From positions 1-64,000 of the forward strand of contig CAVRGP010000006.1 in assembly GCA_963720755.1 (NCBI GenBank): a DNA stretch of 64,000 nt, read 5' to 3'. The position numbers and the translations under genes were made by a program. Shown here in pieces: positions 22,321-33,067 of this stretch. Position 1 is the stretch's first letter, and each line of letters begins with the position of its first letter. The stretch comes from an uncultured Chloroflexia bacterium. GTDB lineage: Bacteria; Chloroflexota; Limnocylindria; Limnocylindrales; CSP1-4. The notes below the pieces were generated by a model. It worked only from the letters and a program-made list of their open reading frames with translations. It was not told the DNA's origin and searched no databases.

Positions 22321-23763
22321 TCAGGTCGAGCGTCGGACGGCGACCAGCTGGTCGAGAAGACGCCCGAATTCGCGCTCGACGTCCACGTATCGGTCCGAAC
22401 GCCAGACGATGCCGAGACGGCCGTCAGGGGCGATCCGGGTCCAGACGCGGCGGCGGGGTCGGTAGAACGTGATCGTGATCCCGGCGATGAGCAGGCCGAA
22501 CGCCAGCCAGATGAGCCCCTGGCCCGGGTCGCGCTTGGCGATCAGGAGCGTGAACTGGCCGATGTCGACGAGCCCGATGGACAGGTCGAGCGCCTGCGAC
22601 ACCCTCGTGTCGCCCTGGTGGAGATCGACCGCCTGATAGAGGTCTTCGATCGGCTGGCCGTCGGTCGCGGTCCCGGCCACCCGATATGGGATGGCGATGA
22701 CGACCCCGGTCCCGTCGGACTCCTTGTCGAGGAACAGTTTGAGCCCCAGGTCACGACCGGGGACGCCGATCGACGTGAACGGCAGGCCGTCGAGCGCATC
22801 GGTCATCGGGACCGGCGCATCCCACAGCAGCGCGCCACTCGCATCGCGCAGGACGACGTGCGGGGCGGGTCCGAACCCGTTCTGGTGGAAGGTGTACCCG
22901 GCGACCGACAACGGGTCGTTGACACGGATCGTCTTGCGGGCGATCTGCTGGCCATCCTGGTAGACGGCCAGGTCGGTGGTGAAGTCGGACGGATGACCGG
23001 TATCGAACCCGGGCGCGTCGAACGCAAAGTTCTTGACCAGCAACAGGCCGGGCGTGCCGATCGGCTGGACGGTCAGCGACTGGCCCTCCGCGACGACCAA
23101 CCCCTGTTCATCGCCCAATCGGGAGGTCACCGCGGCGGCGACCAGGAAGACGATCAGTCCGGCGTGGGTGAGGAGCGTCGCCATCTTCGTGTACTGGTGG
23201 CGATCGCCGTAGAAGTAGCGCGTGCCATCGGTGTCGGTCGCCTCCCGGACCCGGAAACCGACCCGTCGGAGCACCGTCCGCAGATCGTCGGCGACGACGC
23301 CGTCCATCGCGGCGCGATCGGGCAGGACCGGATCGAAGTAGGGCTCCGGTTGCGCGACCCGGATGTCGCTGACGCCGCGCCACAGCTTCGGTGTGCGATC
23401 CAGCGTGCACACGACGATGGAGATGACGAGGACGACCAGCGCGGCGCTGAACCACGGCGATCTGAACACCGCGAACAGGGACAGCCGCTCCATGGCGTCC
23501 ACCACTGCGGCACCGAGGACCGCGTCGTACCGACCGTGGAGCTGATCCATCGCCGTCGCGTAGTCGGTCGTCGAACGGAAAGCGAAGTCGGGCAGCTGCT
23601 TGATGGTCATCCCGATCACGGCCAGGAGCAGCAGGAAGATGATCTGGAAGACGGCGAAATCGACCGACGTGAAGAGCCGCCACAGGCCATAGCCAAGGCG
23701 GGCCGGGATGTTCCGGGTGGAGGGTCCGCTGTTCGCCGCCGAGATGGCGGCCGGGCTCGCGAT
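22321..23763 (-). CDS. resB: Cytochrome c biogenesis protein ResB (CcsB-like)
   Basis: VFRSPWF, ISIVVCTLDR, LLTHAGL, TIRVNDPL, DPG...W...RRRVW; start uncertain (no ATG/GTG near the RBS). Confidence 0.85.
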   Translation of the reverse strand: MASPAAISAANSGPSTRNIPARLGYGLWRLFTSVDFAVFQIIFLLLLAVIGMTIKQLPDFAFRSTTDYATAMDQLHGRYDAVLGAAVVDAMERLSLFAVFRSPWFSAALVVLVISIVVCTLDRTPKLWRGVSDIRVAQPEPYFDPVLPDRAAMDGVVADDLRTVLRRVGFRVREATDTDGTRYFYGDRHQYTKMATLLTHAGLIVFLVAAAVTSRLGDEQGLVVAEGQSLTVQPIGTPGLLLVKNFAFDAPGFDTGHPSDFTTDLAVYQDGQQIARKTIRVNDPLSVAGYTFHQNGFGPAPHVVLRDASGALLWDAPVPMTDALDGLPFTSIGVPGRDLGLKLFLDKESDGTGVVIAIPYRVAGTATDGQPIEDLYQAVDLHQGDTRVSQALDLSIGLVDIGQFTLLIAKRDPGQGLIWLAFGLLIAGITITFYRPRRRVWTRIAPDGRLGIVWRSDRYVDVEREFGRLLDQLVAVRRST

Positions 23764-23774
23764 GACGGACGCCC

Positions 23775-25031
23775 CTAGACCGCGCCGAGCGCCGTGACGG
23801 GCCGTCCGTCGGTGGCTCGAGCCGCCGCCAATGCAGCGCTGAAGTCGGCCTGCAGGTCCTCGAGATCCTCCAGCCCGACCGAGACCCGAAGCAGGCCCGG
23901 CGTGATCCCGGCGGCCAGCAGGTCGGCGTCGCTCGACTGACGGTGCGACGTGGACGGCGGGTGGACGACCATCGTGTGGACGCTGCCGAGCGAGGCCGTC
24001 AGTTCGGGGATCTGCATCGTATCGATGATCGCTCGCCCGGCATCGCGGCCACCTTCGACCTCGAACGCGAGCATGCCGCCGGCGACCCCGGTCCGGAACT
24101 GGCGGACCGCGACGTCGTGCTGCGGGTGGCTGGGAAGGCCCGGGTAGAGGACGGATCGAACGCCATCCTGGTGCTCCAGCCACGCAGCAAGCGAAGCGGC
24201 AGTCGCCGCCTGGCGATCCATCCTGATCGCGAGGGTGAGGATCCCGCGGAGGACCAGGAACGCCTCGAATGGGCCGAGGGTCGCGCCGGTGTCGACCTGG
24301 ATCCGCTCCACGGCCGCGATCGAGGAAGCCGAACCAGCCACGACGCCGGCGATCACGTCACTGTGGCCGCCGAGGAACTTGGTCGCCGATTCGACGACGA
24401 GGTCGGCCCCAAGGTCGAGTGGCCGGCAGACGTACGGTGAGGCGAATGTGTTGTCGACCACGTAGGCGGCACCGTGGCGGTGGGCGATCTGCGCGAGGGC
24501 CGCGTGATCGGCCACGTGGGTCGTGGGATTGGCGATGGTCTCCGCATACAGGACCCGCGTCCGGGCCGCGACGAGCGCTGCCTCCACGGCGGCCGGATCG
24601 GTCATGTCGACGATCTCGATCTCGACGCCGAGGCCGCCGAAGACCCGGGTCAGCTGGGTCCGGGTGGAGCCGTAGCTGGCCAGCGGGGCGACGATCCGAT
24701 CGCCCGCCCGGACCAGCGACGCGATCGCGGCATGGATCGCGCCCATGCCGGACGCCAGCGCCACACCCGCTTCTCCGCCGGCCAGTTCGGCATAGGTGCT
24801 GCCGAGGGCCGTGGTGGTCGGGTTCGAGATCCGGCTGTAGGAATAGCCCGAGCGTGCATCGGCGACGACCCGGCCAAGCTCGTCGGCGTCGGCCGACGCG
24901 AACGTGGCGGTCTGGTAGATCGGCACACTGGTCGGAGCCTGATCGAGCCTCGGGATCCGGGACGCGGCTTGGATCGCCCGGGTGGAGAAGCCGGTCGGCG
25001 CGGGGCGACGGCTCGAGTCGGTATCGCTCAC
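23775..25031 (-). CDS. PLP-dependent trans-sulfuration enzyme (cystathionine gamma-synthase / methionine gamma-lyase family)
   Basis: YSRISNPT, ASGMGAI, VDNTFASP, SATKFLGGHSD, LLRVSVGLED. Confidence 0.92.
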   Translation of the reverse strand: MSDTDSSRRPAPTGFSTRAIQAASRIPRLDQAPTSVPIYQTATFASADADELGRVVADARSGYSYSRISNPTTTALGSTYAELAGGEAGVALASGMGAIHAAIASLVRAGDRIVAPLASYGSTRTQLTRVFGGLGVEIEIVDMTDPAAVEAALVAARTRVLYAETIANPTTHVADHAALAQIAHRHGAAYVVDNTFASPYVCRPLDLGADLVVESATKFLGGHSDVIAGVVAGSASSIAAVERIQVDTGATLGPFEAFLVLRGILTLAIRMDRQAATAASLAAWLEHQDGVRSVLYPGLPSHPQHDVAVRQFRTGVAGGMLAFEVEGGRDAGRAIIDTMQIPELTASLGSVHTMVVHPPSTSHRQSSDADLLAAGITPGLLRVSVGLEDLEDLQADFSAALAAARATDGRPVTALGAV

Positions 25032-25040
25032 CCGGCGATG

Positions 25041-26282
25041 CTACACCGGCGACGCCTGACGGCCCGCCGGTGCGACCAGGAACCCGGTCACCCGGTCCTT
25101 GCCCGCGTGTTTCGAAGCGTACATCGCGCCGTCGGCGCTGATGATCAGCTGATCGGAGGTCCGCCCATCTTCCGGGTAGCTGACCACCCCGATCGAGATC
25201 GACGGACGTGGCGCTCCACTGGGCAGGTCGACGGCCATCGCGCCCACTCCGAGCCGGATCTTCTCGGCCAGCACGAATGCGCCGGTCGGGTCCGTTTCCG
25301 GGAGCAGGGCGACGAATTCGTCACCGCCATATCGGGCCGCGGTATCGATCTGGCGAACGCCCTGGCTGATCACGTCGCCGACCCGGCGCAGGACTCGGTC
25401 GCCGTAGAAGTGCCCGAGTCGGTCGTTGATCGTCTTGAGCTCGTCGAGATCCATCATCAGCAGGCAGAACCCGCGACCCGACCGCGCGCTGCGGGCGATC
25501 TCGCGGTCGATCGCGGCGAAGAAGAACGCGCGGTTGAACAGGCCCGTCAGGGAATCCACCGTGGACAGGCGGATGGCCGCCTCGCGCGTGCGCCGCTGCG
25601 CTCGGGCGATGACGGTGGCCACGTAGGCCAGCAGGATGAGAGCGGTCAGGTTCACCCCGACGATCGCCACGGCCGTCGTCCCGAGCGCCCCATCGGGCGA
25701 ACCCGCCAGGACGGCCAGCAGGTAGCAGATGGAGGCCGCTGTCGTCAGTCCGACCGTGACCGGCGGCATCACGACCAGCGCCGCACCACCGACGATCAGC
25801 GGGAACGCGAAGAAGAACGGGCTGTCGACCCCACCCGTCAAGGCCACGAGGAGGGTGGCGACGGTGATCGCCACGGAGCCTTCGACCAGGAATTTGGCCG
25901 ACCCCAAGGCCGCCGGCGGGAGGAGTTCGTGGACCACGACCGTGAACAGGCCCGCGACCGCCAGCAGGACGAAGATCGCCTCCTGCGTATCCGGCCAGAG
26001 GCCAGTCACGGCGACCACGGCGGCGGCGGTGATCAGGAACACCCAGGCGACGATCCGAACGATGCGGTCGTACGTCTGGGTCGGGACGCCATCGTCGGTG
26101 ACGGCGGTACCGATGCCGGCGATGACCGCTTCCTGTGCGGCCTGCCGTCCCTCGGTCCCCGGGCGATCGTTCCGGCGCGACCGGCCAGTACGGGGCCTGG
26201 TAAGCGCCACCACGAGACCGATCACGACGAGGTTCACGACGATGATCGCCGCCGTGAGGATCAGGATCGGGTCGACGGGCAC
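25041..26282 (-). CDS. Membrane-bound diguanylate cyclase (GGDEF)
   Basis: Multiple TM helices; DSLTGLFNR, RQID I-site, RYGGDEF. Confidence 0.93.
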   Translation of the reverse strand: MPVDPILILTAAIIVVNLVVIGLVVALTRPRTGRSRRNDRPGTEGRQAAQEAVIAGIGTAVTDDGVPTQTYDRIVRIVAWVFLITAAAVVAVTGLWPDTQEAIFVLLAVAGLFTVVVHELLPPAALGSAKFLVEGSVAITVATLLVALTGGVDSPFFFAFPLIVGGAALVVMPPVTVGLTTAASICYLLAVLAGSPDGALGTTAVAIVGVNLTALILLAYVATVIARAQRRTREAAIRLSTVDSLTGLFNRAFFFAAIDREIARSARSGRGFCLLMMDLDELKTINDRLGHFYGDRVLRRVGDVISQGVRQIDTAARYGGDEFVALLPETDPTGAFVLAEKIRLGVGAMAVDLPSGAPRPSISIGVVSYPEDGRTSDQLIISADGAMYASKHAGKDRVTGFLVAPAGRQASPV

Positions 26283-26409
26283 GTCGTCCTCGCTCGAAGG
26301 TGGTCGCGGGTCATCGGGCGGCCCGCAGGCAGGTCATCTTATCCATCCGAGTGGTGCACCTGGGCCTACGCCGGAGCCGGTGGTGCGACCCCGCAACGAT
26401 TCCAACGGG

Positions 26410-26913
26410 TCAGCGGGTCCCGTACTGGTAGGTCTGCTTGACCAGCCGCAGGTAGACGAACGTCTCCGTCTCGCGAACGCCATCGACCGTGCGCAGTCGC
26501 TCGGCCAGGAATGCGAGCAGCGCATCGTTGTCCTCGCACACCGTTTCGACGAGGAGGTCGTACGAGCCGGCCGTGATGACGACGTAGTCCACCTCGGGCA
26601 TGGTCGCCAGGCGCTCCGCGACCTCGACGAGCTTCGAGCTTTCGCAGCGGATCCCGATCATCGCCATCTGGCGGAAGCCGAGCTTGAGCGGGTCGGTCAC
26701 GCCGACGACCTGGAGGATGCCGTGCTCGATGAGCCGGTTCGTCCTCGATCGGACAGCCGCCTCCGAGACGCCGAGATCCGCCGCGATCTGGGTGAACGGC
26801 CGGCGACCGTCGGCCTGGAGGTGCTCGATGATCCGCTTGTCGAGCGGCGAGACGTCGTCCGTTGTGCGTGCGTTGGCCGCTCGGGTCCGCGGCTGTCGTT
26901 CAGGCGAGGCCAC
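26410..26913 (-). CDS. Lrp/AsnC family transcriptional regulator
   Basis: LDKRIIEHLQADGRRPFTQIAADLGVSEAAVR HTH; TAGSYDLL. Confidence 0.93.
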   Translation of the reverse strand: MASPERQPRTRAANARTTDDVSPLDKRIIEHLQADGRRPFTQIAADLGVSEAAVRSRTNRLIEHGILQVVGVTDPLKLGFRQMAMIGIRCESSKLVEVAERLATMPEVDYVVITAGSYDLLVETVCEDNDALLAFLAERLRTVDGVRETETFVYLRLVKQTYQYGTR

Positions 26914-26978
26914 GCTCCGATGCTAGCACGGGGTCACGCCGGATCGGCCCGCGTATCGCGGCGCAGGACCGGGGGCCG

Positions 26979-27911
26979 CTACCGGCGATCCAGTTCGTCC
27001 AGGGCGAGGGCTACCCGGCGGATCGATGGCAGGTCGATCGGGTCCAGGGCCAACTGGACGTGCGCGATCCCCTCATCGGCAAATCGGCGGAGCGTTCGGG
27101 CCAGTTCCATGGGTTCGCCACTGACCGGCTCGAAGCCAGTCTGGTCGTCGGCGCCCTGCAGTCGGCCGCTGCCGCCGGGCAGCCTGACCAGGACCGCCAC
27201 GGTGCGTTCGACCTCGGCGGGATCGCGACCGACCTCGACGCAGGCTTCATCGACCTGATCGCGAAGCCCGGGCACGCCTTCGGGACGATTGTCGAAGGCG
27301 TCGAACCAGGCATTCCAGGAATCGGCCCTGGCCATCGTCAGACGCAGCATCCGGGGCCCGGTCGAACCGATCATCAGCGGCGGTCCGGATGGTCGCGGAC
27401 CCCGTGGCAGGAGCTCGCAATCCCGTGCCTGGTACCACTTCCCGTCGAAATCGATCGCGCCGTCCCGCAGGAGCGTGCTGATGATCGTGAACGCCTCCGC
27501 GAACCGGTCGATCCGGTGGTCGAACGGGTAGCCGAAGGCGCGGAACTCCGTCTCGTTCCAGCCGGCCCCGAGACCCAGGACGAACCGGCCGCCGCTCAGC
27601 TCGTCGATCGTGACGGCCTGCTTGGCGAGCAGGGCCGGATTGTGGAAGTTGGTGCAGGCGACGAGCGGTCCGAGTTCGATCCGTGTCGTCGATGCGGCGA
27701 TGGCGGCAAGGCTCGTCCATGCTTCCCACGGTCCGCGCGGCGGTCGATCGGTCCAGCGGTACAGGAGGTGCTCGCCGACCCAGACGGAGTCGAACCCGAG
27801 ATCCTCGATGGCCCGGGTCATGTCGAGCAGCTCGGGCCAGCGAACGTCGCGTTCCACTTCGGGGAGCTGGATCCCGACCTTGAGCGGGCGGCCGGTGCCG
27901 GTGGCGGTCAT
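26979..27911 (-). CDS. LLM-class flavin-dependent oxidoreductase
   Basis: GFDSVWVGEH, NPALLAKQAVTIDELSGGRFVLGLGAGW. Confidence 0.92.
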   Translation of the reverse strand: MTATGTGRPLKVGIQLPEVERDVRWPELLDMTRAIEDLGFDSVWVGEHLLYRWTDRPPRGPWEAWTSLAAIAASTTRIELGPLVACTNFHNPALLAKQAVTIDELSGGRFVLGLGAGWNETEFRAFGYPFDHRIDRFAEAFTIISTLLRDGAIDFDGKWYQARDCELLPRGPRPSGPPLMIGSTGPRMLRLTMARADSWNAWFDAFDNRPEGVPGLRDQVDEACVEVGRDPAEVERTVAVLVRLPGGSGRLQGADDQTGFEPVSGEPMELARTLRRFADEGIAHVQLALDPIDLPSIRRVALALDELDRR

Positions 27912-28028
27912 GGCGGGAGTCTACCCGCACCGTTGACAGCGGCCGCCCTCGTCCCGCACCCTGCGTCCCGGCGACGACCCGCCGAGGCGTCTTTCATCCC
28001 TGCCATTCACCCGTTGAGAGGAGTCGGC

Positions 28029-28652
28029 GTGGACCCCGCGTTCGCCGTCCGCGGTTTCATCCTGGGGTTCACGATCGCCGCGGCCGTCGGTCCGATCTCC
28101 CTGCTCGTCATCCGCCGGACGCTGGCCGAGGGGCACCGGTACGGGCTCGTGTCGGGCATGGGCGTCGCCACCGCTGACGCGACCTACGGCGCGATCGCCG
28201 CGTTCGGCCTCGGTGCGATCACGGACATCCTCGTCGGTGCCCGTCAGGTCCTCGGTCTGGTCGGTGGGCTCTTCCTGCTGTGGCTGGCGTGGCGGACGAT
28301 CCGCTCGACCCCGACCGAGGCTGCGACCGTCCAGACTCGACGACCCGGCTACGTGGGCGCGTATCTGTCGATCCTGGGTCTCACCCTGGCGAACCCGATG
28401 ACGATCCTGTCGTTCGGGGCATTGTTCGCGGGTCTGGGTGTCCGGGCGGGGGCAAGTGGGGACGCAGCGATGATCGTGCTCGGCGTCCTGCTCGGATCGG
28501 CTGCCTGGTGGGTCGCCCTGACGACGGCCGTCGCGATGACCCGGCACCGATTGACTCCGGTCTGGCTGCGTCGGATCAACGTGACATCGGGCGTGATCAT
28601 CGGCCTGTTCGCGATCGTGACGATCACGTCCGTGATCGGCGGGAGCCGCTGA
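28029..28652 (+). CDS. LysE family translocator
   Basis: GFTIAAAVGPISLLVIRRTL, GVATADA.YG, LTLANPMTI; GTG start after GAGGAG. Confidence 0.9.
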   Translation: MDPAFAVRGFILGFTIAAAVGPISLLVIRRTLAEGHRYGLVSGMGVATADATYGAIAAFGLGAITDILVGARQVLGLVGGLFLLWLAWRTIRSTPTEAATVQTRRPGYVGAYLSILGLTLANPMTILSFGALFAGLGVRAGASGDAAMIVLGVLLGSAAWWVALTTAVAMTRHRLTPVWLRRINVTSGVIIGLFAIVTITSVIGGSR

Positions 28653-28657
28653 CGGCG

Positions 28658-29764
28658 TCAGGCGGGCAAGAGATCCCGCACCACGGCCGCCACCTCTTCC
28701 GGCGTGAAGCCGAGCGTCGCGTCGCCGATGGTGAGTTCCAGGCGGCGGATCCCCGGCGTGTCGGATGGCGCCGAACCGCCCCAGGTCCATAGCCGCTGTT
28801 CAGTAGCCATCCGACGGATCCCGGCGACCACGGCTGCCGCGGTCGTGCGCAGGTGGAGATGCATCATCGGCGTCTGCGGCGGGTCGGGCACGACCTCGAC
28901 GCCATCGACCGTCGCCAGGACGGCGGCGATCGCCTGGGCGTGGGTGACGTAGTCGGGCATCCGCGGCAGCTTCGAGCGCAACCCGACGAGGCCGGCGGCC
29001 GCATACGGCCAGAGGTTGTAGAGCGTCCCGCCATGCCGGGAACGCCATGCCCGTGCTTCGGACACCAGGGCGTCCTCTCCCAGGAGCATGCTGCCGGCAA
29101 GCCCGCCGAGTCCCTTGTAGAACGACACGTAGACGCTATCGAACAGCCCGGCGATCTCCGACAGTGGGCGTCCGTAGAAGGGTCCTGACTCCCACAGCCT
29201 CGCGCCGTCGAGGTGGGCTGCCGCGCCGCGCTCCCGTGCGTACGCGACCTGCGCGGCGAGATCGTCCCAGGCGGGTAGTCGCCCACCGATCTCCCGCTGC
29301 GGCAACTCGATCAGGAGCGCGGCGAGGGGCTCGCGCAGGCCTTCGAGGTCGGCGAGCGTCAGCAGACCACGCCCGTCTCCCAGAGGCCGGCCGACCAGCC
29401 CATGGAGCCGCTGATAGGCCTTGTCCTCGTGCAACTCGAGGTGGCAGGTCGGATGGAACGCGACGACGTGTCGACCGGTCCGGTCGGCATGGATGCGCAG
29501 TGCGATCTGCTGGGCCATCGTCCCACTGGGCATGAACACGGCAGCCGGCTTGCCGAGCAGCTCGCGCACCTCGGTCTCGAGCGTGGCGACGACGCCGCCG
29601 TCGCCGTAGAGATCGGAGACGAGGTCGGAGGGAGGCAGCGATGCCAGATCGTCCAGCGCGCTGGCCGCGGTGCGGAGCCCGTGACCTCCGAGCGATCGGA
29701 CGCAGGCGTCCTGGAGCGTCCGGACTTCGGCGGGGGCGAGTCGACCCGCGTTCGCGTCGTCCAT
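28658..29764 (-). CDS. Low-specificity threonine aldolase / beta-eliminating lyase family
   Basis: FMPSGTMAQ, HLDGARLW, SVYVSFYKGLGG. Confidence 0.9.
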   Translation of the reverse strand: MDDANAGRLAPAEVRTLQDACVRSLGGHGLRTAASALDDLASLPPSDLVSDLYGDGGVVATLETEVRELLGKPAAVFMPSGTMAQQIALRIHADRTGRHVVAFHPTCHLELHEDKAYQRLHGLVGRPLGDGRGLLTLADLEGLREPLAALLIELPQREIGGRLPAWDDLAAQVAYARERGAAAHLDGARLWESGPFYGRPLSEIAGLFDSVYVSFYKGLGGLAGSMLLGEDALVSEARAWRSRHGGTLYNLWPYAAAGLVGLRSKLPRMPDYVTHAQAIAAVLATVDGVEVVPDPPQTPMMHLHLRTTAAAVVAGIRRMATEQRLWTWGGSAPSDTPGIRRLELTIGDATLGFTPEEVAAVVRDLLPA

Positions 29765-29807
29765 GCGGGCAAGTATGCGCGACGATATGCGGGCGTCGTC
29801 AGCAGGA

Positions 29808-29884
29808 TGGTCGGGGAGGCGGGATTCGAACCCACGATCTCGTGCTCCCAAAGCACGCGCGTTGCCAGGCTACGCTACTCCCCG
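29808..29884 (-). tRNA. tRNA-Pro(UGG)
   Basis: CGGGGAGTAGCGTAGCCTGGCAACGCGCGTGCTTTGGGAGCACGAGATCGTGGGTTCGAATCCCGCCTCCCCGACCA; TGG anticodon, encoded CCA. Confidence 0.96.
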
Positions 29885-30014
29885 CCGTTTCACGCTCAAG
29901 AAGATGCATGCGCTCCAGCGCGGCGGGCCGTGGGCAAGCCTACACCGCACGACCCGTGGTCGCGATTGCCCGGGACTCAGGCAGGTTCGGGGGGCCACGC
30001 CCACCCATCGGACC

Positions 30015-32120
30015 TTAGCCCGGTCCGATGTCCGCCAGGATGGCCGGGGCGATCCAGGGCGCCAGCGCGGTGGCGAACGGACCGGTCAGGTGGTGTTTGT
30101 CGCGATAGACGAGGAACTTGCCGATGACGGCGGGGCACGGGCGCGACGGGCAGACCCATGACGTCGGATCGATGAAATCTGCCCCGCCCGCCGCCGCTGC
30201 CTCCTGCTCCAGAGCGGTCCATGCGGGGTCGACGGCCCGCTCGAACGGAGTGGAGCAGGCCAGCATGTCGCCCACGTGTCCGGAAACGCAGTAAGGCACG
30301 TCGAACGCCGACCGCGGCGTGTCGCCGAGAACGACGACCCGATCGGCCGCTGCGCCCAGCCGGTCGAGCGTGCTCGCCATCCCCTGGCGCCAGATGTCGG
30401 TGCGCTTGGCTCCGGTGGCCGGGCCCGATCCCTCGCTGTTGGCCACCTTGAACTTGCGCGCTCCGGTGATGATCACCAGGGCGGGTCGGAGCGCTTCGAT
30501 CCTCTGGAATGCCGCCTCTCGCCAGGTGGAGCACTCCGTGTATTCGCGCTTGAGGCTGTCATCCCACATGACCATGTTCGCCGGATGGCACGAACTCTTC
30601 GTCAGGCTCAGCAACCGCAAGCCACGTTCCGTCGCGATCCGCTCGATGGCCGGGAACCAAGCGAGCGCATGGCTATCACCCATGAGGACGATGGCGACCG
30701 GTGACGCCTTGTCGCCATAGAGGCAGATGCCAGAAACCAGGTCGGGCCGGTCGGCGCGGCAGCCGTCCGAGTATGGGGTCGCCTTCTCGCTGCGGACGTT
30801 TTCGAGGGGCGGCCGCAGGCCGGAGGGCAGTGGTCCTCCGGGCGTGGCCGGCGTCCCGGACGCGGCGGCGAGGATCCGACCGAGTTGCGCCTCGTCTTCC
30901 GCCAGGCTGGTCGTCGGGGCGCTGGACCGCAGCGCGCTCGCAGCCGAGACGCCAACGGTCAGCGATACCGTCACCACGATCATGGACAGGGCCCCGGCCA
31001 TCGCCAGGTTGCGCCGTGGGACGGTGCCGATCCTGCGTCCGTGGCGGAACGGGTCCTCCACCCAACGTTGAGTCACAGCGGCCAGACCGACGGCAACGAG
31101 AACGAGGCCGAGTCGCGCCGGCCCGGGGAGTTTCTCGCCCAGGGCGGCGGCCGGGAGCACGAGCAGCGGCCAATGCCAGAGGTATAACGAATAGGAGATC
31201 CGACCGAGGAAGCGCGGGACCGCCATCGATAGCCAACGCCCAGGGGCGAAGTTCGTCTGTCGAAATCCTCCGGCGATCACGAGAGCGCTGCCGACCGTTG
31301 GGAGAAGCGCCGCGATCCCGGGAAATGGCGTGTCGACGGTCAGGATCACGCCGGACGCAGCGACCATGGCCAGGCCGACCCAGGCGGCCACCACAGCGGG
31401 CCGAGCCGGGATCCGCGCGAGGTTCGCCGACCCGACGGCCAGAAGCGCGCCGAGGCCAAGCTCCCACGCTCGCGTCGGCAGCGAAAAGAACGCCCAGGGT
31501 TCGTTGGTCCGGGTCAACCACAGCGACAGGGCGAACGAGACGATGGCGATGGCCCCCGCCGCGACCCCGACGCGTCGACCGATATCGCCCCGGCTCCGTG
31601 CGATCAGAAGGACGATGGCCGGCCAGAACAGGTAGAACTGTTCCTCGACGCTCAACGACCAGAAATGAAGGATCGGTGAGGGGCTGAGGTCAGCCTGCAG
31701 GTAGTCGGTCGCCTGGAACGCGAACCGCATATTGGACACATACAGGGCCGCTGCTGAAGCATCACCCGCGACGTCCGGCACGCGCAGTGGCGGCAGCATG
31801 AAGGCAGAGAAGATGACCGTGACGATGAGCACGAGGGCGGACGCCGGCAACAATCGCCGGGCGCGTCGTGCGTAGAAGGTCGGCAGCGAGATCCTTCCCG
31901 TCCGCCGTACCTCGCGAACCAGAAGTCCGGTGATCAGGAAGCCCGACAGGACGAAGAAGACATCGACCCCGACATAGCCGCCACCGAACCGGGGAACGGA
32001 CGCATGGTAGAGGAGGACGAGCACGATCGCGATCGCGCGCAGTCCTTCCAGGTCCGGCCTGAAGTGACCGGATGGGTCATCGGTGGGTTCCGCGGCGGGC
32101 GACGACCATAGGCCGCGAAT
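30015..32120 (-). CDS. O-acyltransferase (OafA/OatA-like, acyltransferase-3 plus SGNH domain)
   Basis: FRPDLEGLRAIA, GVDVFFVLSGFLIT, HFWSLSVEEQFY, GDSHA, DKHH; start uncertain. Confidence 0.9.
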   Translation of the reverse strand: MRGLWSSPAAEPTDDPSGHFRPDLEGLRAIAIVLVLLYHASVPRFGGGYVGVDVFFVLSGFLITGLLVREVRRTGRISLPTFYARRARRLLPASALVLIVTVIFSAFMLPPLRVPDVAGDASAAALYVSNMRFAFQATDYLQADLSPSPILHFWSLSVEEQFYLFWPAIVLLIARSRGDIGRRVGVAAGAIAIVSFALSLWLTRTNEPWAFFSLPTRAWELGLGALLAVGSANLARIPARPAVVAAWVGLAMVAASGVILTVDTPFPGIAALLPTVGSALVIAGGFRQTNFAPGRWLSMAVPRFLGRISYSLYLWHWPLLVLPAAALGEKLPGPARLGLVLVAVGLAAVTQRWVEDPFRHGRRIGTVPRRNLAMAGALSMIVVTVSLTVGVSAASALRSSAPTTSLAEDEAQLGRILAAASGTPATPGGPLPSGLRPPLENVRSEKATPYSDGCRADRPDLVSGICLYGDKASPVAIVLMGDSHALAWFPAIERIATERGLRLLSLTKSSCHPANMVMWDDSLKREYTECSTWREAAFQRIEALRPALVIITGARKFKVANSEGSGPATGAKRTDIWRQGMASTLDRLGAAADRVVVLGDTPRSAFDVPYCVSGHVGDMLACSTPFERAVDPAWTALEQEAAAAGGADFIDPTSWVCPSRPCPAVIGKFLVYRDKHHLTGPFATALAPWIAPAILADIGPG

Positions 32121-32170
32121 CGATCGGCCGATCCCCCTGGTGCGTGCCTGCCCGGAGTCTGGGGGTCGCG

Positions 32171-33067
32171 TCAGGGCCAGCTGACCGTGGCGGTCAGGCC
32201 CGTTGTGCCGAACCCGACCTCGGCGTTCTGGAGCACCAGCCGCCAGACACCCGGCGCGACAGGGACCGACTGGTCGACGTTCGTGGATGGGCCCTGGCCG
32301 GCGAGCGTCAGGTCGCCGCTCCCGTTCGTCTCGTCGAACAGATCCACCTCGTAGATGAACGGGTGTCCGCCCCAGGCGGCGACGAGGTGGGCGTCACCGT
32401 CCGAGCGCGCGGTGAAACGAACCTGGATCCCATTCGTGTCCGGGAACGCCGTCCCGTCGAACCGGGCGTTGGCGATCTTGACCGAGGGGGCGAGCGCCTG
32501 GAAGGTGACGCGCAACTTGACGACCGGCGCGAAGATCCCGAGTCCGCGAAGGGAAACGTGCCACGTCGCTCAATTCTGCGATGTTTGGCCGGTGAAGGTG
32601 CCTGACGCGAGGTCCTGGCAGGTCACGTCCTTCTTGCCCAGGAGCAGGCACATGTGGGTGAGGCCCTGCGGCGAGATCGAGGTCAGCTTCGCCTTGACCG
32701 TGCCCGGTCCGTCACTCTTGAACGTGATCACCCGGTCGAGCCCTGCCGGGTCGTCGGTGGCATCGAGTTTCAGGTCCAGGATGGTCGCCGTCGCGACCGG
32801 CACGGGCGGCGGCGTCGGCGACGCACTCACGAGCGGGGTCTCGGAAGGCGCGGCACTCGCCTCGGTCGAGGCGGCCGGGCTCTCGCCGCCGGAGGCGCTT
32901 TCGGACGGGGTCACGGACTCGCTGGGCGATCCGGCCGCGATCGGGCTCCCGGTCGCCGTGGCGGTACCTGTGTTCCGACCCATCATCACGAACGCCGTCG
33001 AACCGAGGGCGACGACGATCAGAACGACCAGGACGGCGATGACGTTCCGAAGTGTGCGGTCATTCAT
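32171..33067 (-). CDS. Membrane-anchored secreted protein with S/P/T linker (frameshift near 32570)
   Basis: ORFs 32570-33067 and 32171-32515 read as one protein; N-terminal TM helix, low-complexity linker. Confidence 0.55.

Noticed and set aside
25031-25045. SAM riboswitch upstream of the trans-sulfuration gene
   Set aside because: Only about 9 bp separate it from the GGDEF gene, leaving no room.
29808-29884. Second tRNA-Pro as an integration site
   Set aside because: No duplicate of its 3' end (TGGTCGGGGAGGCGGG) and no integrase nearby; the 6636 repeat matches the CGG tRNA specifically.
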